A stretch of DNA of 64,000 nt from an uncultured delta proteobacterium (GTDB lineage Bacteria > Desulfobacterota > Desulfuromonadia > Geobacterales > DSM-12255), in contig CAWBBV010000001.1 in assembly GCA_963787125.1 (NCBI GenBank), forward strand, positions 672,001-736,000. Direction: 5' to 3'. Positions within the stretch are counted from its first letter, which is position 1. Each line of letters begins with the position of its first letter. The notes beneath the pieces were generated by a model that searched no databases, was not told the origin of the DNA, and worked only from the letters and a program-made list of their open reading frames with translations. The translations under genes were made by a program, and so were the position numbers. This document shows positions 8,742 through 18,002 of this stretch, one piece after another.

Positions 8742-10277
8742 TCAGCTGATTACCGGTTCCAGAACCAGCTTCAGCTCAAACGCTTCCTTGAAAAGATCGC
8801 TTTTGGAGGTAGCGCCATAGATCTCGACGGCAAGATCGCCATTGCCTTGCAGGCGCAGTACGAGGCGGGAAGGGGAGAAGAGCGGTTCGACAATGCTGAC
8901 CATGCCGGTGCGGCTCCGGTCAAGACCGTCTGCCAGTCTCAAAATGCCGCCTAGCCTTGAGACAAGCAGGCGATCAGCTACGCTTAGCCGCATGAACTGC
9001 TCGTGCTTTTTTTTAGGGAGTGACTTGCGATGGTACCGGGCAACATTGGCGATCAATTCCCGCTCGCGAGGGGTGAAGCCGAAAAGGTCGGCGTGGCGAA
9101 TCAGGTGGTAGGAGTGTTTGTGATGACTGGAGTAGTTGATAAAATAGCCGACGTCATGGAGGATTGCCGCCGCTTCAAGAATCCGACCTTCCCGTTCCCC
9201 CAGGCTGTACGGCCTGGCAAGGGCTTTAAAGATCTGCTGCGCCAGATGCGCTACCTGGAGCGCATGGTTGGCGTCGAAGTGACATGATGCGGCAAAACCG
9301 AGTACGGACTCGCGCCAGGAGCGTGGCACATCCATAGCCGCAAGCATGCCGTGCTTCCTTAGTCCGCGCAGTATCAGCCCTTCCCGTATCCCCCGCTCGT
9401 TAACCTTGAGAAGATTAGTCTGGCAGAACTCCAGCAGCTCATCGATGACCATGACTCCGGCTACAATGATATCGGCACGATCCGGACTTAAGCCCGGAAT
9501 GGCGCGGAGCTCTTTGAGCGTTTTTCGCAGCAGCATTGCCAACAGGTGGACTACGTCACTGCGCAGGATTTCATAGCCATGGGCCGAGCCGTAACCCTCT
9601 TTGCGCCCGGCCAGAAGCATGGCAGCGATGGAGGTTACTGTGCCCCCTGAGCCGATGACCGCATTGATTGTCGCCATGCCGTCCGGAAAGGTCTGCTTGA
9701 GGGTTTTTCTGATATGGCGGCGCAGGCGGTTGTGAGCTTCTGCTGAAGATAGATCAACATTGAGAAAGGTTTCCGACAGATATACCGCCCCGAGCTCCAG
9801 GGAAAAAATCTCTTCAACATGTTGCCCGACGGTGGTGACCAATTCCAGACTGCCGCCGCCGATATCTATCAGCAGGTACCGGGCATCCTCAATGTCGAAG
9901 TTATTGAAGGCGCTTAAGGCGGCAAGTTCGGCTTCTTCCTCACCCTCAATGACACTGACTGCAATGCCGGTCTGTTCCTTGACCGCAGCGATAAACGCCT
10001 TGCCATTGGTTGCCTTGCGCACGGCACTGGTGGCAACAGCCTCAATCTCCCGGACACCATAGCCGTCAATGATCTTTTTCTGGCGGATAAGTGCCGTGAT
10101 CGCCCGGGCGCAGGCTTCAAGCGAGAGCGCTCCGGTTTTGTGCAGCCCTTCGCCAAGGCGGACTGTGGCTTTTTCATCATCAAGAACCCGGAACTTCCCG
10201 GAACTTTCAGCTTCAACGACAATGCTGCGAATGGAGTTGGTGCCGATATCAATGGCGGCCAGACGATTATTTGTCAC
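8742..10277 (-). CDS. ppx: Ppx/GppA exopolyphosphatase with HD domain
   Basis: AAIDIGTNS, ATSAVRKA, DIGGGSLE, GIREG, LHDVG motifs. Confidence 0.93.
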   Translation of the reverse strand: MTNNRLAAIDIGTNSIRSIVVEAESSGKFRVLDDEKATVRLGEGLHKTGALSLEACARAITALIRQKKIIDGYGVREIEAVATSAVRKATNGKAFIAAVKEQTGIAVSVIEGEEEAELAALSAFNNFDIEDARYLLIDIGGGSLELVTTVGQHVEEIFSLELGAVYLSETFLNVDLSSAEAHNRLRRHIRKTLKQTFPDGMATINAVIGSGGTVTSIAAMLLAGRKEGYGSAHGYEILRSDVVHLLAMLLRKTLKELRAIPGLSPDRADIIVAGVMVIDELLEFCQTNLLKVNERGIREGLILRGLRKHGMLAAMDVPRSWRESVLGFAASCHFDANHALQVAHLAQQIFKALARPYSLGEREGRILEAAAILHDVGYFINYSSHHKHSYHLIRHADLFGFTPRERELIANVARYHRKSLPKKKHEQFMRLSVADRLLVSRLGGILRLADGLDRSRTGMVSIVEPLFSPSRLVLRLQGNGDLAVEIYGATSKSDLFKEAFELKLVLEPVIS

Positions 10278-11161
10278 AGGAGACCCCTTACACGCGTGCC
10301 CATTTCAGTCAGGGGCTCTCTAGCCTGGAGTTGCAGGAACTGAGTGAAAAGCTGATGGCGGCGGTCAGAGATGGTATTTTTTAGCAGCGGCTCAGCCGAA
10401 GGCTCGCTTGTCATCCTCCCGGTCATGCTGCAGAAAACATCCAGATCATGCAGCTGCCCGAGAACTTCCTGGTAAGCCTTGATTGAATTGTAAACATCCT
10501 TGTAATTATCTGCAGCCAGGGGCGCCAGAAATTCCAGCCGGTATCTGAAACGCTTGACGGCAATCCGCAGCCGGTGCTGGGCAGTGATATTCTCCTCCAT
10601 TAGAGCCTCGGGGTAGATCTCCAGCAGCGGCTTCTCCCGTTCCGTAACGGCTTCAAGAAGATACGCGCCGACCGGCTGGAAAAGATTGCTGGCGTTCGGG
10701 TTGAAAATGCGCGGATTGCTGCAGATTTCATCGATCCTGCCAAGGAGTGAGCCGGGATCAATTTTCTTCAGTTCACGCCTAAGTTTGCGCTCTTCCGTCA
10801 CCCTTTCCGCCTGTAAAGCCCTGACTATAGAGGTGATAGCCGCAGTTGAGCTCTCAGTGGATGTTTCCGACAAGGTGTTGAAATAGAGGAGCGCTTCATC
10901 AGTGTTGCGGATTGTTCCGAGCATGTCAGTCAGCCTCTTGAGCTCTTTGCGGAGTCTGGTGAGCTGGCGTTTCCTGAAGCAGTGGGCAAAGATAGCGATC
11001 CCTTCCCGCAGACGGCGCGAGGAGACCCGCAGGTCATGGAGGGCTTCAGGTTCGAAAGCCTCTCTGCTAAGGGTTAGCTGGAGAAAAAAATCGTCGCTGC
11101 GGTCCAGCAAAAAAGCCCGGGCGGCAAGCCAGGTTTGAGTGTCGGCAGTCACGTTTCTCAT
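10274..11161 (-). CDS. CHAD domain protein (polyphosphate-binding)
   Basis: LHDLRVSSRRLR and HRLRIAVKRFRY..E repeats; LG..RNTD and LGQLHDLDV. Confidence 0.9.
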   Translation of the reverse strand: MRNVTADTQTWLAARAFLLDRSDDFFLQLTLSREAFEPEALHDLRVSSRRLREGIAIFAHCFRKRQLTRLRKELKRLTDMLGTIRNTDEALLYFNTLSETSTESSTAAITSIVRALQAERVTEERKLRRELKKIDPGSLLGRIDEICSNPRIFNPNASNLFQPVGAYLLEAVTEREKPLLEIYPEALMEENITAQHRLRIAVKRFRYRLEFLAPLAADNYKDVYNSIKAYQEVLGQLHDLDVFCSMTGRMTSEPSAEPLLKNTISDRRHQLFTQFLQLQAREPLTEMGTRVRGLL

Positions 11162-11553
11162 GAAGTCTTCTTCTCGGCTGAAAGGCTTTTATCGTTGCCT
11201 GCTGCCGCCCTGGTCTTTTTCCCGGCAGGTTTAGGCGCCCGTTCCGGATTGTCGGCTTCAATAGCGCTGTCGAGGAGATCATGCAACAGAACGTCGATTT
11301 TTTTCAGATCCTTGACACGTCCCTTGGCAGGTTTAATTTTGAGGCCATGAATTTCTTTTACCCAGGTGCGCGCAATAGTTTTAAGTCTTACCGGCGGCAT
11401 TTTCAGCAGATAATCGAGCAGTGCCTCTACCTCCCCCTCTTTGCAGAGGATGAAGCCCTCGGCCGTCTCGCGTACTGACGCCCGCAGAGACTTAAGTTCG
11501 GTGACGAGTTCGTGTTGCAGTAGTAGATGGCGGGATTCTTTCTTTTTTTCCAT
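11158..11553 (-). CDS. Hypothetical Lys-rich protein in the polyP operon
   Basis: 131-aa ORF coupled to both neighbours. Confidence 0.65.
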   Translation of the reverse strand: MEKKKESRHLLLQHELVTELKSLRASVRETAEGFILCKEGEVEALLDYLLKMPPVRLKTIARTWVKEIHGLKIKPAKGRVKDLKKIDVLLHDLLDSAIEADNPERAPKPAGKKTRAAAGNDKSLSAEKKTS

Positions 11554-11555
11554 TC

Positions 11556-12236
11556 CTATATCCCCAGGCTGTCAGCAACCCGGCTGCTGATTTCTCGCGC
11601 CACGGCCTTTACTGACAGGTTGCCATTAACCATTGCAAAGTCGTACTCGGACTCCATCAGGGCAAACTCTTTCTGGATGAGACGTTGGTAGCGGATGAAG
11701 CTGTCAAAACTGTCGCGGGAAAATCCCAGGTCCATCCCTGATTCCCAGTAGTCCAGAGTTGCATTTTTACGCAGATTTCGCTCGACTAACTGAGTCGGGC
11801 TGACCTTGACATAAACCACCAGATCAGGAACCAGAGCAATGCCGTAGAGAGAGCGGACCCAGTCCCGGTCGGCGCCCCGGACGATATCCCTGGCCATGAG
11901 AGTATAGATATATCGATCTGCCAGCACAATAAAACCGGCTTTTAGTGCCGGAATGATCCGGTTCTCCAGTTGATCGGCAAAATCGGTTGCATAGAAAAGG
12001 CTGCGGGTTATCTCCCCCAGCACATTCCCCTGCTTGGCTTCTTTCAGCTCATCGGAAACCAGTGTCGAGCGCCGCAGTCCCACGTTTACCGTGGCATGCC
12101 CCTTGTTTTCCAGGGCATCACGCAGAAGCTCCATCTGAGTGGAGCGTCCGGAGCCGTCGGCCCCTTCGATGACAATCAGGCGACCGGTCAACTCTTCCGG
12201 ATTAATTCCGGGGATACCATCTCCGTAAAATTGCAT
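11556..12236 (-). CDS. Thymidylate-kinase-like protein (variant P-loop GADGSGRST)
   Basis: IVIEG.DGSG.ST and ADRY motifs. Confidence 0.85.
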   Translation of the reverse strand: MQFYGDGIPGINPEELTGRLIVIEGADGSGRSTQMELLRDALENKGHATVNVGLRRSTLVSDELKEAKQGNVLGEITRSLFYATDFADQLENRIIPALKAGFIVLADRYIYTLMARDIVRGADRDWVRSLYGIALVPDLVVYVKVSPTQLVERNLRKNATLDYWESGMDLGFSRDSFDSFIRYQRLIQKEFALMESEYDFAMVNGNLSVKAVAREISSRVADSLGI

Positions 12237-12242
12237 AAACCC

Positions 12243-12932
12243 TTATCCTATTGTCCTTGAACGATAACGCGGCAGATCAATCTTTGTGGCAATGATATCT
12301 CTCACCGTCTGCTGTTGTGTTTCTATGGGAGACGAACCATCTACCTCGATAAAACTGAAGCGATCGCGCAGCGAAAGATACTCTTCATAAATCTTCCCCT
12401 GAAAAAGCCGGAAACTTTCATACGGATCGTTGGATAGACCAAGATCCATTCCTGCTTCATGGTATTTTAGCTGCGGTCTGCCGCTCAGAATTCTGCCGAG
12501 CGCAATCTTGAGCGGGGTATTGAAGAAAAGAGTGATATCCGGGTGGCAGGCAAAACCGTAAAGATTCTGGAGCCAGGATTGGGAACAACCCCGAACAGTG
12601 TCACGGGCAAAGGCGGTATAGATGTAACGGTCACAGAGCACCAGATAACCCGCTTTCAAAAGCGGCAGGATCTGCCGCTCGTAGCGATCGGCAAAATCGG
12701 TGCAGTGAATCAGGCTGAAGGTTGTCGGCGTAAGGAGTTGGCGTTTCTTCCCCTTGCTGGTAGCCTTTTTGATCAGCAGGGATGAATTCCACTCGGTGAA
12801 AAAAACCTTTAGCCCCTTCATCTCCAGCCAGCGTTTGAGGAGATAGAGCTGGGTAGATTTTCCTGAACCATCCAGTCCTTCGACAGCGATGAGTCTGCCG
12901 GGGTAGCGCTCAAGTTCACGGTGCAGCATCAT
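12243..12932 (-). CDS. Thymidylate-kinase-like protein
   Basis: EGLDGSGKST P-loop and CDRY motif. Confidence 0.85.
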   Translation of the reverse strand: MMLHRELERYPGRLIAVEGLDGSGKSTQLYLLKRWLEMKGLKVFFTEWNSSLLIKKATSKGKKRQLLTPTTFSLIHCTDFADRYERQILPLLKAGYLVLCDRYIYTAFARDTVRGCSQSWLQNLYGFACHPDITLFFNTPLKIALGRILSGRPQLKYHEAGMDLGLSNDPYESFRLFQGKIYEEYLSLRDRFSFIEVDGSSPIETQQQTVRDIIATKIDLPRYRSRTIG

Positions 12933-13453
12933 GCATGTACCCTCTGAAGTGCTTTTCGTGCTTTTTTCAAGCCTGTGCGCAGCTCCTTCAGTCCGGCTTC
13001 GGCAAGCCCTTCAAGTTGCTCCTCGGCCTTTTTAACGACTTTACCGGATCGCTTGAGCTTTTTGCCGGTGTTTTCTTCCACACTCTCCAGCGCCTCGATA
13101 AAGCGAACAAGAGTTTCGGTGAGCTTTTTACCGGGCTTGCCGGCAAGCTCTTCACTGAAGCGGTCTTTTGCCGCTCTGGTCAACTCCTGCACTGACAAGC
13201 GTAACCCCTGGAGTGAATCTTTAAGCGCGGCCGCCCTGAGATCACGCTCGTTATTGTTGCTACCCGCGAAGCTGGCAGCCTGTTCGAGGATGTCGGGGAT
13301 AGTTTTCGGGTTGAGTCCCTTGATTTTTCTGAGACCACCGTCGCCAAGCTTGACGATCTTTTTAAAAGTGTCATGCCCGGCTTCAAGCAGGCGCAGCGCC
13401 AGTACCTCACCAATGCCCCTGATCTGCTGCAGCTCTTTGGCTGTTAAACTCAT
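12929..13453 (-). CDS. Helix-hairpin-helix protein with basic coiled-coil tail
   Basis: LQQIRGIG and LRKIKGL HhH motifs. Confidence 0.7.
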   Translation of the reverse strand: MSLTAKELQQIRGIGEVLALRLLEAGHDTFKKIVKLGDGGLRKIKGLNPKTIPDILEQAASFAGSNNNERDLRAAALKDSLQGLRLSVQELTRAAKDRFSEELAGKPGKKLTETLVRFIEALESVEENTGKKLKRSGKVVKKAEEQLEGLAEAGLKELRTGLKKARKALQRVHA

Positions 13454-14001
13454 GGTGTAAACTCCTGTAAGTAGCTATGATTTTTGCCAAATAAACGTTC
13501 CAAGGCCTCAGACTGTTTACGGATCGCCTTGCCACTCCCGCTGATCAAGCTGGACAACTCACCGGAGAGTCCTGATTTATTGATCGAGATATCAATAGAC
13601 ACTACGCATCCTTTGGAGAGGTTGCAGGGTGGGGTTAGCCGGAGGAGGGTTCTGACAACCTCTCCAAGTTCCGGCTCGTGACCGACAATAACTATTTCGC
13701 TCGCTGAGCTTCTTGTTCGCAGAAGATTGCCGAGTGTTGCCATGTCGGGTCCGTCAGCCAGGCCAGGAAAAATTTGGAGTTCACCATTGAATCTGATTGT
13801 TTCGGCGAGAATTTCAGCTGTCTGCACAGCCCTGATCAGGGGACTGGAAATTATGAAGTCGGGATCGATCGCCATTTTTTTCAGGCAGGCCGCAACCTGT
13901 CGGAATCTTTTCCGTCCGCGGCAGGTGAGATTACGCTGTTCATCGAGCAGATCAGCCGAACGCTCAATGGCTTGAGCATGGCGGATAAAATGTACCATCA
14001 T
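13450..14001 (-). CDS. sixA: Phosphohistidine phosphatase SixA-like
   Basis: IRHA, SSPLIRAVQTA and VGHEP motifs; start placed at ATG 14001 (ORF track uses 14022). Confidence 0.85.
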   Translation of the reverse strand: MMVHFIRHAQAIERSADLLDEQRNLTCRGRKRFRQVAACLKKMAIDPDFIISSPLIRAVQTAEILAETIRFNGELQIFPGLADGPDMATLGNLLRTRSSASEIVIVGHEPELGEVVRTLLRLTPPCNLSKGCVVSIDISINKSGLSGELSSLISGSGKAIRKQSEALERLFGKNHSYLQEFTP

Positions 14002-14095
14002 AAATTGATCCAATTGTGACAATTTTCGTGTAAACTATCCTATAAGCAGGCGTTGCTGCAATGCAGAAAATGGCATTAATGCCAATGTTTACGAA

Positions 14096-14124
14096 GTGTC
14101 ACAAAATTGTAACATGACTTTAAT
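14096..14124. promoter_or_regulatory. Pho-box-like 11-bp-period direct repeat
   Basis: GTGTCAC-AAAA-TTGTAAC-ATGA-CTTTAAT in the divergent region upstream of the polyP operon. Confidence 0.45.
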
Positions 14125-14177
14125 GATTCGCAAGAGACTACATAGATTTAACAGCTGAATTGCCAGGAGAGATGACC

Positions 14178-14396
14178 ATGAAGATACGTTTCTGTGAACA
14201 GAACAAAGGTGTTGGGAAGGTGTTCAAGAAGCTGAAAGAGAACCATCCGGATTGGAACATAAAGCGCAAGGATTGTATTAAGAAGTGCGGGCCATGCGGG
14301 AAAATGCCCATTGCCGTGGTAGATGGCGAAACCGTCAAAGCTGATGACGGCGAAGAACTTTACTCCAAAATTGTCGATCTGCTGAAAAAATCATGA
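14178..14396 (+). CDS. Small Cys-containing protein (DUF1450-like)
   Basis: IRFCE.N, CIKKCGPC and VDGE.V motifs; AGGAG RBS. Confidence 0.7.
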   Translation: MKIRFCEQNKGVGKVFKKLKENHPDWNIKRKDCIKKCGPCGKMPIAVVDGETVKADDGEELYSKIVDLLKKS

Positions 14397-14408
14397 AATA
14401 GCAACCTT

Positions 14409-15884
14409 CTAAAGCGCCTTCTCGATGGCCTTGCAGAGGGTTTTCATGACCTTGATCCGGGCGTAGTATTTGTCATTGGCCTCAACCAGCGTCCAGGGCG
14501 CAATTTCAGTGCTCGTCCGGTCGATCATGTCACAGATTGCTATTTCGTACTCTTCCCACTTTTCCCGGTTGCGCCAGTCCTCGGCAGTTATTTTGAACCG
14601 TTTGAAACCGGTGCTCTCCCGCTCTTCAAAGCGCTTTAGCTGCTCATTCTTGCTGATGGTCAACCAGTACTTGACTATCACGGTCTTGTTGCGAACCAGC
14701 TGCTCTTCAAAGTCGTTGATCTCACCATAAGCACGCATCCAGTCGGCCTGCGAGCAGAAACCTTCGATGCGTTCAACCAGAACCCGCCCATACCAGGAAC
14801 GATCAAAGATGGCGAATTTCCCTTGTCTCGGGAGGTGTCGCCAGAATCGCCAGAGATATGGCTGCGCCCGCTCGTCTTCGGTCGGAGCTGCCACAGGAAT
14901 TATCCGGTACTGGCGCGCATCAAGGGCTGAGGTGACCCGGCGAATACTCCCCCCTTTGCCGGCGGCATCATTCCCTTCAAAGAGCGCAACAACCGACAAA
15001 TTCCGGAAATTATCGTGGCGGGTAAGTAGAGCGAGTTTGCGCTGATATTCAGCCAATTCATCCTCGTACTCTTTCTTGGAAATGCTTTTAGTCAGGTCAA
15101 TAGCGTGAATCAAGAGAAGATTGTCTATTGCCGGAATCAGTGGCGGCAGGGTCACTGATTGGTATTTCTTTACAGATGCGTCAAGTCGCTGCCTGAGAGC
15201 AGAGAGTACCGCTTTTCCCACGGTCAGGCTGCGATAGTTGGCATCCTCCCCTTCGACAATCGCCCAAGGAGCTTCTCCCGTACTTGTCTGGCGGAGGGCG
15301 TGCTCGGAGCTTCTCCGATAGCGGTCATACAGCTTGAAATCGGCCCAGTCTCTTTTAGTTACCCGCCAGCGGGTATCCTTGTCCTTTTCCAGACTCTTCA
15401 AGCGCTTGCGCTGTCTATCTGCTGACAGATGAAACCAGAACTTGAGTATCAGGGCCCCCTCATCGGCGAGCATTTTTTCAAAACGAATAACCCTTTCCAT
15501 GGACTGGTCAAGTTCGGAGTTTTTGGTCTTGCCGGTAACATGATCGATGATCGGTGCCGAGTACCAGGAGCCAAAAAAGATGCCGATCTTTCCCTTCGGT
15601 GGTAAAGCCCGCCAAAAACGCCACATGTAAGGACGCTCCAGCTCTTCATCGGTAGGGGTGTCAAGGGCGTTTGTCTGGATATGGCGGGGGTCCATCCATT
15701 CATTGAGGATGTTGACCGTTTCTCCTTTGCCGGCGCCATCGACTCCGCCAATGATGATAATTACCGGGAAATCAGCGACAAGCAGGTCGAGTTGGGCATT
15801 GAGCAGTGCTTCGCGCAACTCAGGCACCTCCTGCCGGTAGCGTTCCTTGTCAATTTTGTGACCCAGTTCAGCCGATTCAAACAT
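14409..15884 (-). CDS. pap: PPK2-family polyphosphate:AMP phosphotransferase (two-domain)
   Basis: Duplicated PPK2 domains GVDGAGKG / EGNDAAGKGG, WRFW, FDRSWYGRVLVER. Confidence 0.92.
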   Translation of the reverse strand: MFESAELGHKIDKERYRQEVPELREALLNAQLDLLVADFPVIIIIGGVDGAGKGETVNILNEWMDPRHIQTNALDTPTDEELERPYMWRFWRALPPKGKIGIFFGSWYSAPIIDHVTGKTKNSELDQSMERVIRFEKMLADEGALILKFWFHLSADRQRKRLKSLEKDKDTRWRVTKRDWADFKLYDRYRRSSEHALRQTSTGEAPWAIVEGEDANYRSLTVGKAVLSALRQRLDASVKKYQSVTLPPLIPAIDNLLLIHAIDLTKSISKKEYEDELAEYQRKLALLTRHDNFRNLSVVALFEGNDAAGKGGSIRRVTSALDARQYRIIPVAAPTEDERAQPYLWRFWRHLPRQGKFAIFDRSWYGRVLVERIEGFCSQADWMRAYGEINDFEEQLVRNKTVIVKYWLTISKNEQLKRFEERESTGFKRFKITAEDWRNREKWEEYEIAICDMIDRTSTEIAPWTLVEANDKYYARIKVMKTLCKAIEKAL

Positions 15885-15905
15885 GAGCAGCCCCCTTCAG
15901 CGGTT

Positions 15906-16358
15906 TTATTGATTAAAAGTTTCCGGATCAGCTATGCGAGCCTTCAACTCTCTGACCTCTTGCATAGCCGCCCTGAGCTGGGCATTGAGACGTTCTTCAT
16001 TGAGGAGCATACTTCTGATGCGGGATACGGTGAGAGCCGTGGTGAGGAAGGAGATGAGCCGCATGAACACCTCCCAGTAAATAAAAAAAGCCTGTGAATA
16101 GGGGTGATAAGTGTACTTGTCGGAAAGATACCAGCAGAAGGCGGAAGCAAAGGCGATAAAAAGACCGGAACTTTTGCCGCAGAACCAGGCAGCGATAGAG
16201 ACCGGGATAAAGTAGAAGATGAAAAAACCGAACTCGTAGCCGGTGATATAGTCGAGCCAGCCGATAAGCAGCAGAACAAGCAGGCTGACAACATCGACAA
16301 CCGTGCAGTTTACCGGCTTCTCCAGCCGCGACATTTTCCGCAGATCTGCCAATGTCAT
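15906..16358 (-). CDS. Small membrane protein (DUF4118-like) with coiled-coil tail
   Basis: Four hydrophobic segments; DY.TG.E..F.IFY.IPV...AW pattern. Confidence 0.6.
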   Translation of the reverse strand: MTLADLRKMSRLEKPVNCTVVDVVSLLVLLLIGWLDYITGYEFGFFIFYFIPVSIAAWFCGKSSGLFIAFASAFCWYLSDKYTYHPYSQAFFIYWEVFMRLISFLTTALTVSRIRSMLLNEERLNAQLRAAMQEVRELKARIADPETFNQ

Positions 16359-16379
16359 AATGTATAACTCCTCGACCCC

Positions 16380-17924
16380 CTATTTATAGGGGTCTTCAGA
16401 CCCTTTGCCGTTTGCAGCCGGCTCCTTTAGCGGCGACCGATCCTTGACTGCAAAGACCTCTATTCCAGACTTCCCTTCGAGCGGGCAGACCTTTTCGCAG
16501 ATGCCGCAACCGTTACAAAGCTCTTCCACCACGTAGGGCGCTTTTACCTGGCGGCGAACGTCATCGAAACCGGTCATGGTGACAAGCTCTGATCTGATCG
16601 CTTTTTGTGGAATAGGGCAGTGTTCTTCGCAGACAATGCAGTCGATCCGCCGGGCGAACGGAATGCAATGGTTTTTGTCGAAGATTGCCTTGCCGATAAC
16701 CTGCCGTTTTTTCTCCGGGATCGGCAGATCGGGGATCGCCCCGGTCGGGCAGACCTGGCCGCAAAGGGTGCAGTTATACTCGCAGTAACCGAGTCTCGGT
16801 ATCAATACCGGCGTATAGAGACCTTCAATACCTGCCTGTGACAACGCCGGATAAAGGGCGCTGCGCAGACAGACCTTCATGCACTCACCGCATCTGACGC
16901 ACTTTTTGAGAAAATCCTCTTCATTCTTGACGCCGGGGGGGCGGAGCAGCTTAGACTCTTTTGCCGGATCACGAAAGCGCAATAGTCTTGCCAGCATAAA
17001 GCCGGAAAAAATCCCGCCAAGAAAGACCCGGCGTTCCATGAAGGCGGGTTTTTCAGGCTGAAAACCAAAGGAAAACTGCACCGTGTCGGCCGGACAGGCG
17101 GCTACGCAGCTCATGCAGGAGAAGCACTCCTCTTTCTGCATCAGTTCCCGGTCGAAGCCGGATGGGCAGGCGTCTGCACACTTCATGCAGGGTGAGCAGG
17201 GGGCTGGCGGAGTTCTGACCAGGGGGGAGAAACGGGCGGCAATTCCCAGCAGCGTGCCGAGAGGACAGAGCTGGCGGCACCAGCTCCGCTCACCGGAGCG
17301 TTCGAGGAGAATAATGACTGCCAACAGGGCCGCAGAGGTGAAGGCCAGCGGATAAAGGGCTTCGCGGAAGGGGAGCAGATAACCGGAGATGGCCAGATAA
17401 GCAGGGGCTATGCTGTCGCGCTGATCGCCGACGAGCTGATAGAGCCCACGCCAGGTTCCGCGTACCGTGTCGCCAAGGAGCGGATGAAGAAAGAAGGTCA
17501 TCCCCCTCAGGAGGATGGCAATCGGATCGAGCAGACCGGCAAGGTTAAGATTGAAAAGACTGGCAGAAAGGAGCGGCAGGAGCAGCCAGTACTTCAGGCT
17601 CCTGTTGAACAGCAGCGGTGAGGTTGATTTTTTTATCCGCTTTGTCATTAAGTCGAGGATTGTTCCCAGGGGGCAGAGCCAGCCGCAAAAAAATCTCCCG
17701 AGAAACAGAGAAAAGAGGAGGGTCAGCATTCCCGGTAAGAGGAGCGGTTGCCATGATTTTGCCGCCAAAAGCGTGCTGAGGCTGGTCAACGGGTCGGCGC
17801 GGAAAAAACCGTTGACCGCGGCAATGATCCGGTCGCTCCCCCGGTACTCCGTCATCAGGAAAAGGATGATGAAGAGAGCAAAAAAGATAAGTTGTGCTAT
17901 CCGATGTGCACGGTATTTTCTCAG
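16380..17924 (-). CDS. Membrane polyferredoxin (NapH/MauN-like fused to NapG/MauM-like 4Fe-4S domains)
   Basis: GRFFCGWLCPLG and several CxxCxxCxxxCP motifs; frame open upstream of ATG 17855 to a CTG at 17924 with GAGGT upstream. Confidence 0.85.
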   Translation of the reverse strand: MRKYRAHRIAQLIFFALFIILFLMTEYRGSDRIIAAVNGFFRADPLTSLSTLLAAKSWQPLLLPGMLTLLFSLFLGRFFCGWLCPLGTILDLMTKRIKKSTSPLLFNRSLKYWLLLPLLSASLFNLNLAGLLDPIAILLRGMTFFLHPLLGDTVRGTWRGLYQLVGDQRDSIAPAYLAISGYLLPFREALYPLAFTSAALLAVIILLERSGERSWCRQLCPLGTLLGIAARFSPLVRTPPAPCSPCMKCADACPSGFDRELMQKEECFSCMSCVAACPADTVQFSFGFQPEKPAFMERRVFLGGIFSGFMLARLLRFRDPAKESKLLRPPGVKNEEDFLKKCVRCGECMKVCLRSALYPALSQAGIEGLYTPVLIPRLGYCEYNCTLCGQVCPTGAIPDLPIPEKKRQVIGKAIFDKNHCIPFARRIDCIVCEEHCPIPQKAIRSELVTMTGFDDVRRQVKAPYVVEELCNGCGICEKVCPLEGKSGIEVFAVKDRSPLKEPAANGKGSEDPYK

Positions 17925-18002
17925 AATCTGATACCTCGATATAAAAAGCCGTCATCAGGAATATTTGCCAGCTGCCGGCTTTATGTCAACTAAATCTCTC
18001 AG

